From Takakia lepidozioides (taxonomy: Eukaryota; Plantae; Bryophyta), in contig CM060731.1 in assembly GCA_030704615.1 (NCBI GenBank), positions 63,054,001-63,118,000 on the forward strand: a stretch of DNA of 64,000 bases, read 5' to 3'. Positions 12,112 to 25,413 of this stretch are shown here, piece after piece. Position 1 is the first letter of the stretch; the number at the start of each line of letters is the position of its first letter. Made by a program: the position numbers and the translations under genes. Under the pieces are notes generated by a model, which saw only the letters and a program-made list of their open reading frames with translations, searched no databases and was not told where the DNA came from.

Positions 12112-13188
12112 AATAGCTGACACTGCGGCTTCTCTCAAGCAGTGGTTGTGAGCAAAGGGTCAATCAGACCGGTGTCTGCACTTCCTCTCTGGTATTGAGT
12201 TCCTACTCAAGCCTATGATGTGGTCCATACACAGGTTTTGTATTGATCTACAATAATCTATACACAGGTATAGATTATTGTCACTGAATCACTGAATCAC
12301 TGACAATTCTCTAATCACTTGGACGCAGTGATTCAACGCAGCACTTTCCGTTGGTTCTCTCTCCAGAACGCAGCTCCCAATGGCATGTAGCCATAGCAGC
12401 CTGTGTTGCCAATTTTGATAGACTGGATAGATGTAGTCAGTCAGGATGCCATGGGATGTGAGAGAAAAGATTCTTTCCAAAATACTACGGTACTCGAGAT
12501 GGAGCAGCAGTGTCTCTTCAAGCATGGGTTCAGAAAGTTGAACAAGGAAAGCAGTTTTTGTTTGTAATCTACCTTGTATCAATACATTTGGTGTTTCCCA
12601 AATCTGGCAAAAGCTACTTCATTTTCACAATTCCTGTGTGGCACTGTTTCTTAATGAGTCCTCATGAAAAATTGCCACCATTGAATTCGAACATGGCCCT
12701 ACTGCTGATTTTTTTGTCAGGCCATATATGCAGCAGTGTTCGTCTACATGCAACTGATTATAAGTAGTGTCCAAGGGTGGGAATTTTGTGCAGCAGCCAA
12801 TTGAGTTAAAGCTGAAAAGGTAGTGCACATTACTGAAAACATGATAAAGCTACCAACAATTGACATTGAAATGGTAATCAGCAGCAGACTTGGGGATCTC
12901 TGGGCAATACTCATTCTACACAAACCTACAGAGATGTGCAGTGTAGGCAATCATTAACTTGGCTAGAGAAGACATCTGGAGAAACTGTGAAGATTTGCCA
13001 GGAGGGAGGAACAGGTGCAGGAGCAACCACAAATACCAAGGGTCAGTCCGATTCATAGGATCACAGTCAAGGAGAATATTTGGTGTAATACTTCGTGTAA
13101 ATCAATGAATGTACATGAATATTCTGGTGCACAACTCCGCTTGGTTGCACCCCCAGCCTTAACTAACTCAATCCCATATTCAACTCAA

Positions 13189-16100
13189 TTATGTCTCTAG
13201 TGCAACTTCTTCCATCTCATGTCTCAAGAACTGCCATGGCCCTGTGGCCATTCCCAGCCTGCATACATAGGATATCACCTTATTTTTCAGAAGCACACAT
13301 ACAAAAACTTTTCACATTCCATATGGACTCACTCTTAACAAAACTTCCCTGGTTGAAAATCTGCCAAAAGCTTGGTCCTCTTCTTGGGTTTAATTTTCCA
13401 TGTGGCTCTTAGGTGCAATATCCTGAACCTAATAGATCAATCACCTTCTTTAAGTGAATCATTCTCGAGCATAGCCTGCACAGATTTATTTTTGAACAGA
13501 ATAATGGGTAGAGAGAGGCACCTCAAAAACCCAACCAGCATGCGGAGACTCATGACAAGTGTCAAACCAATCCACACAGATGCAAGGCCCCAAATATTAG
13601 GGAAAAACAGCAGAAACAGAGCCGAAGGAATTGAAAGCAGAATCTGCAAAAACCAAACCAATCAACCCCACAGTTGAAAAAGGATTGCACCAATTGGTGC
13701 CTAGTTTGAGTACACACAAAATACAGTAGCCAAAGACCAAGAACCCTAAGTAGACCATAAATGGTGTTTAATTAGCCTCTCTGCACTAACAGGATCCAAC
13801 AATTTACTGAACATACATATTGTCAAAAAGAGGTACATCCACGGGTATGCAAAGGTGGAAAGCCTCCTCACCATTGAGTAAGCTGCATATGCAAAGTCGG
13901 AGGCCCCATAATGAAGACCATCAAACACAAATGCTAGTGAGTTGATTGGTTGTGTAGCCGCTACAAACTGCATAATACCAACCACATTTAGGGGATAGGT
14001 TAAAAAGGACACTGAAGCCCAATACAAGACTGGCAAAGTTGAATGTTTCTGGGAAACTGGGTGGCTTGAAAATACACTGAAAGAACAGGTTTTCTGAACC
14101 ATCTCCTTAAGATGCCCCTCAAGCTGTCCAAGGTTCCATAAGCACCCCTCAAAGATTTTCGGCGTGTATGGCTGGACACCGTCATGCCTAATGAATCAAG
14201 GTAACTGTAATATAAAGACAGGCCAATTAGCGTATTGTACTCATATCAGACCATGATGGAGCAGAACCATACCGGAATAAGGAGTGCCATGACGTGCAAC
14301 ACACCAGCCTCCCTAGAAAACACTTGAGAAAAGGTAGGCATGCCCACTCCCAGGACCAGAGCCATGAGCAACCCAAACCCTAACCCTATCTGCACGTCAA
14401 AAGTACACATAGACTCCAAAGTAAGGCAAAGCAAACACAATCTCAGGAGTCTTAGATATCAGATATGCCTAAAGCAAATCATCCTCTCTGACCTATTATG
14501 CACTACTCTCGGGATTTTAACTCAGTGTCACAATAGGCATAAGCCTTCATTACCCACCCTTTACGTTACCAGATTCACATAGGAGTGCCAAACTAACATC
14601 TGCTCCCCAGAAATGGACAGCAGTCAACATTGGATATGAATGTTCAATTTATTGGTGCACGCAAGGTGGATACTGGACCTGTAAAACCCGAAAGGCAGCC
14701 TCTTTCACCCGTCTGTAGTCCTTTCTAGCGAAGGCACTCGCAATGATTGCCTGATGAAGTCACCCAAACCGTGGAAAGTTTAGCAAAAATACAAACAACA
14801 TGAAGCAGGATAGTGAGGTTCACTTTAGACTTAGACCTATATGCAAAGTCTTAAAGGGGGTTATCTTCCCAGCCCACTCTTACATGTCAATCTTTCATAG
14901 AAGCGTCGCCACTTCAACTAGATCTGGAAGTAAAGTCATATCATCAGATGAAGTAACCACATCATCTGCAGGTCAAACACACCTGCCCAGCAAGAGCCAG
15001 GGAGTCTGAAAGCAGAGATGACGCCAGCCAGATCTGCATACAGATTTGATGAGCAGCCATGGGTATGCTTCCTTGCCTTGCAGCCATGGATGTTGCCAAC
15101 GTCATGACCATAAGAATGGCAATTGTTCGCCCCAACAGATACCCACCTGTCATTCAAAATGGAACTATAACCAAGAATCTTTAGGACGTCACTACAGAAA
15201 GAAAAGAAAAAAGAAAGAAAACAAGACTTATCATGTTTGACGCAGAGTCTTTTCCACCCCCTCAGTCCCATGCATTCGCTGACAAATCATCCAGGAATAT
15301 ACAAAACTAGAGAAAACAGCATTCCATACCAGATTTCAAAAATCGGTCGAACCGCATATCACTCAGCCGAGGTGGTAGAAGTACAACTCGCCTGCTTAGA
15401 TTCCATAGAAGAAAGCCAGCAGCAGCATACCTGCAAAAAATGAAGCTCCGCTCAAACATGTGAAAACAAGATTGGAAAACCCTGCTCATCTAACCCATGA
15501 TGACAGATCTACAAGATCGAGGACATCCACCTGCTAAGCATGATAATTGTCGACTTACTGTGCAGCCACAGTTGCAACAGCAGCCCCGCTGACGCCAAAC
15601 TTCAGTGTGAAGATTAGAATTGGATCCAAAACAATGTTGACTAGGTTCCCCGCCACTGCCATTGCCACGAGCATACGATGTTCATACTAGTGCCAAAAGA
15701 TGCCAGTTTTTACTTCAAGAACCCAATCCAACCACATAATATTCTCATTCTGTTCCACTTCGAAGTAGATGGGAAAAGACATGGGAAAGGTTTAACTTGC
15801 TTACAACTGGCGTACAACGGAGTCTTGGTGTCCTTGAACCCCCTAAATATTCCCTGGGTGGCAAGTGCTACCACCACAGCTGGGGCACCAACAGCGCGCA
15901 ATGTCAGATATTGGATAGCTGGCATGCGCATTGATGATGTCTGCTCTCCACCCCAAACCATGTCAACACCCATAGGCCAGAAACTACATGACAGAAACTT
16001 GTTTCTTGACTGAAATGGGCAACCCCTCCAATAATGAAAAGCTCGCCTAGCACCATGGATTAGTGGATGTGATAAAGTTGGCTCTTGCAATAAAGACCAA

Positions 16101-18095
16101 TTCAATGGAGTCATCTATGTAAATGGATGTGGTCTATCAAGCAGAATTTGGTTTAAGATGGATTGCTATCTGCTTTAGGTCTTCCCGTGCAGGTGTAGAT
16201 TACGCACATGATAGCCTAAAGGAACTGGATGTAGCTGGTAGCCCATCATAAACATCATTAAAAGAAAAACATTGACAATTTCCGCAATATTAAGAAGCCA
16301 TACGCTTCAACTTCAAGAGCCTCTACACTGTTCAGCAGCAAGTTAGGGTCCCTTTCTTGCAGATGACCATTCCTGGTAGTTTCTGATATTATGGTCTGAA
16401 AACTGGTAACTTCCTCTTCGTTAACATTCTAGAACAAGAACACAATTAAGATACCTCTTACCGCATCTACGCCCATGATAGTCAACACAGGCTCTCCTAA
16501 AAAAGCCAACACACATGCTTCCCCCACCCCAAGCAAAGTTCCAAGGACTAGGGCCGATGATGCTGATGGAATAAGTAGCTTTTCTGGTTTTCTTCTCTGT
16601 GCTCCTAAGCTTTGAGGTTCCTCTTCCTTCATATCAGCACCTGGGATATTTACGAACCCATGATCCCCATAGTTATGACTTAGCTGTGCACACACTGTTC
16701 ACCAGACATTAAGATACACACAGACAGCCAAAAATCATCACCTATACTAGGGTACCCGAAGTCATCGTACAAAACTCTGACATGACAGTCCAAATACCAA
16801 CAGAAAGGCTTAGAAGGCACACAGAGCAAAGAGGCAAGTATGGCATCTTACGCCATTTGTGAAGACGCACAACAAAGAGGCAAATATGAAAACTCAAGCA
16901 ATCTGTGTTGCACATTCTGACAAGCTTACCTTCCAGTGAAAGCAATGAAGCAGAAGTGGGTGAGGTGGGCTCCAAGGGTATGCCATCAACAACATCTTTC
17001 TCAGAAGCATCTTCAGCCACAAACGATGTTGTTATATTCAGGAGAGGAAGGTTGAACATCTTGGACACCAGATTAAATATCGCGATAGAGACACCCACCG
17101 CTGCCTGCTGCACTGGACCTTTAAACAGTACAACTCACAAGTTCAGTCTCTAAATCCAACAGCACTTGAATCCCCTTGCTAATGACTAGTAATAATAGGA
17201 GTTTAGATGACTCTCTAAGACACCATGCAAGTTTCCACTAAACAGACACATCTCCTGGTGAGGTTGTCCATGTGTCATAGGGACATCTACAGGTACCCTT
17301 CAATTGCAGGAAAAACTGAAGCCTGCGCAGTGAAACCATAGAGGTCCAAGGCTCAGGAAGAGCACCATACAAGGTAAGACAATTGCCCTCCCACTCAGAA
17401 GTATGAAACACAAACCCATACACCTACTATGCCCAAAAGCTGTATGCGCTCCCAACTACCCTAAGGAGTAGCAGGACAACATCCAGCAGTCAGATGGCGA
17501 AGTCGCAGTGGTAGAGAGCAACTTTCATCAGGGCTTCCTCTCTCCTCTACATGGAAATCCAGCAAGCACAAAAATGCTCTGCTTTCTGAACTTGAAAAGG
17601 CTGGAGTACCTATGCGCCCAATGAAAGCAGTGTCCACCAAAGAGGCAAGGGGGTCCGCTGCCAGGGCTAACATCGCTGGCAGTGCAATTACTGCAATCTC
17701 CACACCAAGTTCATCTGCCCTGAATGCATGTCTGAAAGAAAACATAGTGAATATGTAGCACATATGTCAAGGAGAATCCATCATTACATCCGTGAAAGAT
17801 AATCTATCTGTTACACTGGTAACATTTTTTCTTTGCAGCAACAGTGTGGCCTATGTCAGCTGTCCCCAAAGACTTGACACCCACTGGCAGTCTGTGATAA
17901 CCCATCCGGCAATGCAATACAGCAAACTAGACACGAAAACTAAATGCCCAGCACTTAAATCACTAAAACCCTAGTATTAAGGGGAACCGACCGAAAGTAC
18001 CTGGCATTTTCAAACAAACCTCGCAAAGGCTTCCCTCCTTTATTGACCATAAGTAATCTCTCAGTTTCACTTCCAGAAGTCGAGCGTGAACCCAT
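13189..18095 (-). CDS. MATE/DTX efflux transporter (FRD3/DTX42-47-like clade), 13 coding exons, apparently intact
   Basis: Phase-consistent GT-AG exons: IALPAMLALAADPLASLVDTAFIGRIG, PLLNITTSFVAED, QGIFRGFKDTKTPLY, GNLVNIVLDPILIF, AAHQICMQIWLASSLLSDSLALAGQ, TQPINSLAFVFDGLHYGASDF, RLGMATGPWQFL...TAA at 13189. No disablement found on manual splicing. Confidence 0.92.
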
Positions 18096-18139
18096 GCGTG
18101 ATACAACTTGATCCTCCTTGCTTTTCACGAGTCTAAACA

Positions 18140-20160
18140 GTACAGGACGCTTCAGAATATTCTAATTTCTTCAAAGACTGCCATCACTTCTGATACCACT
18201 AAGGTCCCGAAGTGGATGAGAACAGCCACACCCCCCTCTCGTCACATTCAACCAGACTGCAGAGGATAGTTTGAGACCAAGTCCATACAGCCTTCATGTT
18301 GACCTAGAAAAGGTATCTTAAAAAATTCATCTCATAATTGTTTTATTTATAACAAATCTGTTTTTTCAGATTATCTCGGCTGGTATTTGGTTCTATGCGT
18401 CCTCTTGGCACCCTGGCTCTGCTCACATCAACGAGGTTAAGCGCCAGCTTAGGAATTTTGTATGGGGAGCAGAAAATTCCTTGGAGGCAGATCTGCCTCC
18501 CAAAGAAGAAAGGGGGATTGGGAATCCTCGATCCAGAAACACAAATCACCGCGCTTCTTGGGAAATGGATCCCCAGGTTGCTGGGACCAGAGGGTGGCTG
18601 GTGGAAAAGCCTGATCAATGAAAGTATTTTTAATGCTTCGCCACTCAAAAATGCAGCATGGAACCCTCACTGCGGTGGATCACACAGGGTTTCAAACACA
18701 AAACAGTGGGCTCGTCACTCTGGTCAAACATCTGGCAAGGGGGCAAGTTACGCCAGTTCCTTACCAAGTCTCAACCCTCCATCCTTAGATAGCACATATT
18801 CCTTAATTCCAGCAGGCCCAACATTTTCCAGAGGAACAATGCTACTAGATGGTCGACATGGGACCAAAGAGGCAATAATCAGATCAACAACATCTGGGTA
18901 AATAATGGAATCAGATCCCTGGATTCTATTTCTGCAGCAGTGGGTAAAACCAGGGCAGCTCGCGGGTACAATGAGCTTCTCCAATCCCTAGACCCTCAAT
19001 GGTTAGCAAACACTCCAAATGGGACCTCCTCCTCCAGCTGACAATCAATGGGCACTTGTTCTGCTGAGGGGCATCCTCACTGTTTTGTTCGTCGCAGACT
19101 GTTCCCCCCAGAGTTATATACCGCTTACCCTTTCAGTATAGACACCACAACCCTCGCTCTCTCTTTGCTCTCTCATCGGCCAATCAATATCCAGCCCACC
19201 CCCCTGACCCCGATCAGGGTTTGGCAATGGTCCTCCAAGGATAAAGGCTTCAACCCACTCCCTCCCCTCACCTCTCCTCTCTCACTTTGGCTCGCATCAA
19301 ATACCTTTGTCTGGATACTGGGCAGACCCTTGGCAGAGCTGGAAATCGATCCTATGGAGTGGTCCTGGCAGTTCTCCAGATCACAAGACCCTTTCTTCAC
19401 CTACACAACAAAAAAAGCCTATAAAGATCTTTCCAACCCTCAACCTATAAAAGCGAAATGGGAGGCTAGGTGGGACCTGCAGGGGTTTCACGATGAGAAT
19501 TGGGATGCCATCTGGAGCTCCGTCTGGCTCAAATCTCGCTCTGCGAAGATTTCCGCATTCCTCTGGCGGGTTGTGGACAGAGTTATCAAGGTTGGAGAGT
19601 GGTTGCAATTCCAAACGGCCATTCTTTGTACTTGCTGTTCGTCGGGGATCATTGAGTCAATAGAACACTGCCTAATCACATGTCATGGACCAGCACAGGT
19701 GTGGCCCTAAAGTTAAGGCCTTCAATCTTAACTGGAACAGCAGATCGCTCTCCACATCAGACCTGCCACTAAACTATGGTAGACATACCAGGGCCAGATC
19801 TCTCTGTTGTCCAGTATTTGAGACACTCAGAGGCTCAACGTTGTGGCATCTTTGGAAAGTGAGGTGCAAAAAAAATTCTCTGAAAATTCAGTGACAGTCA
19901 GCTCTCTCCTCACCAATTATAATCTTGGTGTTGAATCAAGAAAAATGTGGGCCAAAACGTGTGCAGACATCCAGCGGCATCCGGAGAAAAATGGGTCATC
20001 TGTCAATCCTCCTCGCTCCACCACTGCAATTGGAATCCTCCCTCCCCCATCTCAAGCATCTCAAGCCTTCCACAGTTGCCTGGAGACTTCACTACAGATA
20101 CAGTCTGCCCCGAATAAATGTTACCTCTATAAACCTTAAACTACCATAAATGTTAAGAAA
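18140..20160 (+). mobile_element. Degenerate L1-type LINE ORF2 3' part (post-RT, zf-RVT), with a small opposite-strand endonuclease-like piece at ~18170-18300
   Basis: KIPWRQICLPKKKGGLGILDP..ALLGKW; WSSVW..SAKISAFLWR..CTCC..ESIEHCLITC; multiple frameshifts. The minus strand at ~18200-18290 reads RGGVAVLI (weak). Confidence 0.85.
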
Positions 20161-20949
20161 ATTTTACTCCCCTACTTGTGCACACTAGCAAATGTTAAGT
20201 GTTACTAGGGTAGCCTGTGCCATTGGCCCAAGTGTCCGATGTCATCCAATCCCTTATGTATCCAAGTAGAATATAGACTTATAGAATTTCCAGCAACCAA
20301 AAGTAGGGTAGCTTCAATTTATTGTTTTCCATGAATTTATTTAGTAATCCAATCATTGTCCCAAGAAAGCCCAATTTGCTATTTGTTTTTAGTAGTAATA
20401 CATCAAATCATTAATGATATATCTCGCATCGAGGCTCCAACCATTGTCCCAAGAGAGCCCACTTTCCCGAATTTCCAGCGACCCAAAGTACTTGAAATTC
20501 CACATTTCACACGGTAAGTCAACAAATCATGAGACCAAGTCGGTGCACCCTCTTCATCCATGGCTTTCTAATAGCACCAAGCACTCAGGGTGGGCCCCGC
20601 AGTTTGGGACATCTCAACTCTACAAAACAAAACAAACCAAACATCTCGATTCATATATTGATTTGTTAACTTTTTCCCCTCAATAAGTTATCAATAAATT
20701 ATCCAGGCCCCACCCCTATTCCTTTTTTTTATTTTTTAAACAACAGCTAAATCGGAGAGACGATTCAGAGATGAAATAGTAGCTAGAGGTTGTTTTCATG
20801 GAGATTAGAGCAGCAGGTGGTTGTACAAGATTTGAGTAGTACTATCCCGGGTTTGGATAAGAAACACTTTGAAAGAAGATCTTTATGAGAAGATCAATCC
20901 TCTTGATCATATAAAACACAATGTGTGCAATATTTCTCTCTTCAAACGA

Positions 20950-23900
20950 ATGTGAAAGGTTATTGTGATTCATGCTTGCAGTCTCTACTTACTGCCAATG
21001 TGAAGCAGAAGACCAAAAATTAAAAATTAAGCTGAAAGATAAGCTGACATGCTATAAATGACACAGATATTTTGGACCGTACTAAATTGTCAATTCACTC
21101 AAGTGGAGTGAGGAAGGGTGTTGCGGGTTCATGCTTGCACCCCCTACTTGCTGTCAGAACAAAAAATAAAAAATTCTGAGTTGCAACATTAGCTTCATGC
21201 CCTAAATGGTCCATTGGTACTCACATAGGTGTTTTAGACCCTATCTAATTCTACACTCAAATGCAGTGAGGGAGGGTGTTATAGGTTCATGCTTGCACTC
21301 CCTCCACCTTCTGGTGTGAATCAAAATAATAAACATACATGTTTTGGACCCCATGTAATTGTACATACATTCAAATGTAATGAGAGAGGGTGCCATGGGT
21401 TTGTGGTTGCACCGTATTTTATCTACTTCCAATGTCAATTTTTAAAAAGTAAGAAAATAAAGTTGAAACACAACTCAAAATGTCTTATGTTGCCATTCAG
21501 AATTCAATTAATGGTTTGGAGCATATCTCACTCCATATTAACCTCTGGAGTGTCTTGCACTCATAGATGTAGGCATGGTCTTTTTTGTAGTGAAAAGAGA
21601 TGAATCTACTCTATCACTTTATTTAAGCTTGTGAAGGTGCTTAGGGTTAAGATCGTGCGATTTGCACATTTAGGATTAGTCTCTCGGTGCTACTAGTTGA
21701 AATGACTTAGTAATCAGGTTAAGACACTGGTGAGTTCAAGGTTTTTTAAGTGATGAGTTGATATCTAATAAGGTGGGGATGCGTGTACATGCGGCTTCTA
21801 GTCTATGTTTTGAATTGTAGAGTATGGTTTTAGCGATTAGTTTTTGAATTGCATGGTTCTTTATCTACTCAATTGGTAGGAGGTTTGTGTGGGAATGTTT
21901 GCTTGCGAAGTCTTAATGTGGGATAATTGATTGTATTTGAACTCTATGATGTAGAAGTAGCGTGTATCATGTCGACATGCACACATCACTGTAGGAGGTT
22001 TGTGTGGTGTATGTTTCTGCTCTTGATAGTTCCCTTGAAGACTTCCAGCGTGGGAATCTGATTTCGCTGTTTTTGTATCTGTTGTGGTGTAGTGAGTCGT
22101 GCTTAGATTCATCAACGCAGAATTGTAGGACTCATAGTCATTCTGGTTACATGGTTACAATTGACTACTGTAGCGAGAGAGCAGGAGTCTCTTTGATGCA
22201 TAGTACAAGGACTGTCCGTCTTTGCAATACACAGCCACATGAGTGCCGACGGAGCAATTGATTTTCGATTTCCAAGGTGTTCCAGAGACAAAGACTTAGA
22301 GTTTTGGCGACTCTCCCAAAATGTTGACTTACGAGCATCTCGCGGAAGGATTTGGCTTGGATGATGTCATCTTCAAGATGCAAAGATCTCCATTGGGGAT
22401 TTTAGAGCTCTCTCATGCCAAGAACAGTTAGGATACTGTCATTTGTATGAAGAAACCAGGACATGGGTCAAAGGACATCAAAGCATGGGCAAAAATTTTA
22501 AATCTTTTTTTTCTAGTAAGCTCTCTAATTCATCGTTTTTCTAGGTTGCAAGGTTGTTTGTTAGGAGAAGGTTGCTTGTTTAGGGCTGTTTAGGTTGGTT
22601 GTTTATGTGACGTGTTCATGCTTGGTAACCTAGTTATGTTTCTGATGGATTGAGTTGGCTCAATTGAAGGATGATGTGAAGAAGACTCTAGTTTCTAAAG
22701 TTCAGGAAGAGAAACTCTCGGATCAAATTTTTTTTTCCCATGATTGGAATCTGTTTTTCTACTCTCATTTCATTCGGTTGTCTTAGGATCATATGCTTTT
22801 ATATATGTGGTTGTGACTTATATCTTGGTTAGAAACTCATATGTGTACATTGACAAATTGTATGTGTACGTTGAGATTGTGTAAGCTGAGGAAGGTGAGA
22901 GTACTACGAACGAGATACTTATAAACATTTTCAACCGAAAATACTTGTTGCAAGAGATGTTTTGGAGAGCATGCAGTTTCGATTGACATTCTTATTACAC
23001 AGTAAGGAGAAGTCCGAGCAGGTGACAGTTAATTGGCCCCCATTTGACCATGGTCTTCGACAGGTATCATACTCCAACTTAATTTGGCATCACTTTCGTA
23101 AAGAAAAAGAGAAGAGTTAGAGAGAGGATGTGTATGAAAAGGATTGGGTTAAGTTTTGCTTGTGGTATTCAGAGGCAGGGTACATTCATGATCTATAGTT
23201 GAAGGGTTTTACATTGGGTGGAGTTGATGAAAACATGTTGGCGTTGGATATTCGGAAGGAGATGGTGCAATACGTGACTGTCTTGAAGCAAGACAGAAAT
23301 GTATCCACAACTCACATCTTCTAAACAGCTATTCAGCAAAGGACAAGTGACGACAATGGTGAGAGACCACGACCTAAGGTGCGGACATTATTGGATTCGG
23401 CAATGTTTGACTTGTCTGCTGGTATGAAAGGAAACCTACTTCGGATGATACAAGACCTAACAGTTAAACCTCCAGAAGTATTCTAGGATTTGAAACTTTG
23501 TTTCAAAATGCAATTGTATTTTTTGAAACATGTCCTAAAAAACCATCTAGCTCAGGATCAGGAAATGTCTGATGTTGTGTCTCAGCATAATCCTTCAAAT
23601 AATCATCTGTAACAAACATGGGGTGAATTTGGCTCTCAGTCGTCGCCATGGCCTAACCCTGCTCCTCCCCCAGAGTTTCGAAGAGGCAAATGAGTGGTGA
23701 ATCAACTGAAGTAAAGTAAGTTACTTCTTACTGTTTTGTACTTCTTCACTTCAATTGATTATGATGAATGAGACCTAATAGGCATGTGTCTCTATTTCAT
23801 TATTCGTTTCTTTTCCCCACAACTTGGCACTTGCAAGACGTACGAATGCCTATTTGGTCAAGTTATTTGTTAACTGTTGTTCTTGTATGTGGCAGTTCCA

Positions 23901-24860
23901 GAGTCAAGAGGACATTGAAGTGAGGAGAAAGTTCATTTTGTCTTCTCCAGACTTGTAGCAAATAGTTTGTTACAAACTCTGTGCCTTTAGTCAGCCTTAA
24001 CGAAATCCACACTTTGGTAGGCAGCGATTGTCAGTGCACTGATTGTCTCTGCATCTGTCTGCCTCTAGAATCATCTCTTGCTGTTTGTTCATTCATTGGC
24101 TGTCTCCAAACTTAGCTCATATAACTATTGTTGAGCTCTTTGTGGTTGTACGTTCCTTGTGAGTTCAGTGTTGTTCGGGGTTTGGGAGGCGTGGAGTTCG
24201 TTTGTGGTTGTCTGTTGAGGAGAGGGGGAGGTTCTGGTTCGGGTGAGCTATTTGCTAAATGACTCCAGTACCGTAGAGACCTCACCACACTCTATCTCAA
24301 ACACTAGAGCTATGGCGGCGAGAGATTCGTCACCTCACTTGGTACATGAAACCTCCAATAACAATAAAATACAAATATAAATGGATAAAGTCATAACTAG
24401 CTAGAAATAACTATTTCTAACTAACCATGACTAAAACCATGACAGATGTCATGAAACTTCACAACGATGTTGACTCTTGTAGCACCAAAAACAATGACAA
24501 TTACGAGTGGACGTTTCGAGAGATATCCATTATCAGTGAGATTTCCTCATAAACTGAGATGAATTTTTTCTACATATTTGGTTTTGTCTTCTTTCTTACT
24601 TGAATTGTACACACAAAATTTTAATCTATAATACGTTGATGTTTCCACTAATGCAGCGTGAATTTGGATTTTCAGCATGCATAATAGATTTCATATTTAT
24701 GAAGAAATTCAATATGAGAGACTAAGTCAATATAGACAGAAAGAATTCTGATTCGTATAGATACACATGTCTACATTTTCGTGAACTCATGGACATGTAT
24801 TAGTTTTCATTTCAATATATAAATGTTATTGTTTGCAGATAACTCAATTTCATATGCAAT
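20950..24860. mobile_element. Unclassified degenerate TE-like region hosting the gypsy insertion (continues ~31208-33200)
   Basis: Degenerate direct repeats (AGGGTG..GGTTCATGCTTGCAC) at ~20960, 21115, 21270 and 21385; decayed exon-like blocks; no intact ORF. Family not recognised. Confidence 0.35.
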
Positions 24861-24863
24861 ATT

Positions 24864-25413
24864 TGTCAATGACGAGAACATGACTGAACACAAACAAGAT
24901 ATCAGACTAGAGGTACAAGACTAGACAAGAAGTCAAGGTCGGCATGGCCGAGTGTGTGGTGGGTAAACATGAATCAAGATGATATTTATAACAATGGACA
25001 AGAGTACAAAATACTAGAACTCAACTCGAATACTGGAATGCTGGAAACTGGACTGGGGTACCAGATACTGGAAGCTGGACTAGAGTACTGGGACTGAGAA
25101 CAAGAATAGTTTGAACTTGTGTTGGCGAGACCGAAGAGTGTCAAGTCTCGCCTCCTATATATACTGGTTACTAAGAAGCTTCCCTAAGAAACTTCCCCTA
25201 TGGAGGTTTCTTGCTGGAGAAGTTTCCTCCAAATGAAGCTTCCTGAGTAGTTTCTCAAGTTGCTCTTGATAATTTGGTAAACTCTCGGTAGCTTGGTAAG
25301 TAATGATAAATCGTGGTAAATCACGGTAAATCATGATAACTTCCGATAATATGGTAATTTGGTAACTTCTGGTATTTATTCCTGGTAAGTTCCTCTGGGC
25401 TATGTCCGTGACA
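24864..25413 (-). repeat. 3' LTR of the chromovirus
   Basis: TGTCAATGACGAGAAC...TATGTCCGTGACA; direct repeat of 30605-31207; adjacent to the PPT. Confidence 0.93.

Noticed and set aside
20400-20561. Upstream coding exon of the MATE gene beyond the LINE
   Set aside because: No donor gives an open in-phase join to the acceptor at 18132; more likely a 5' UTR intron.
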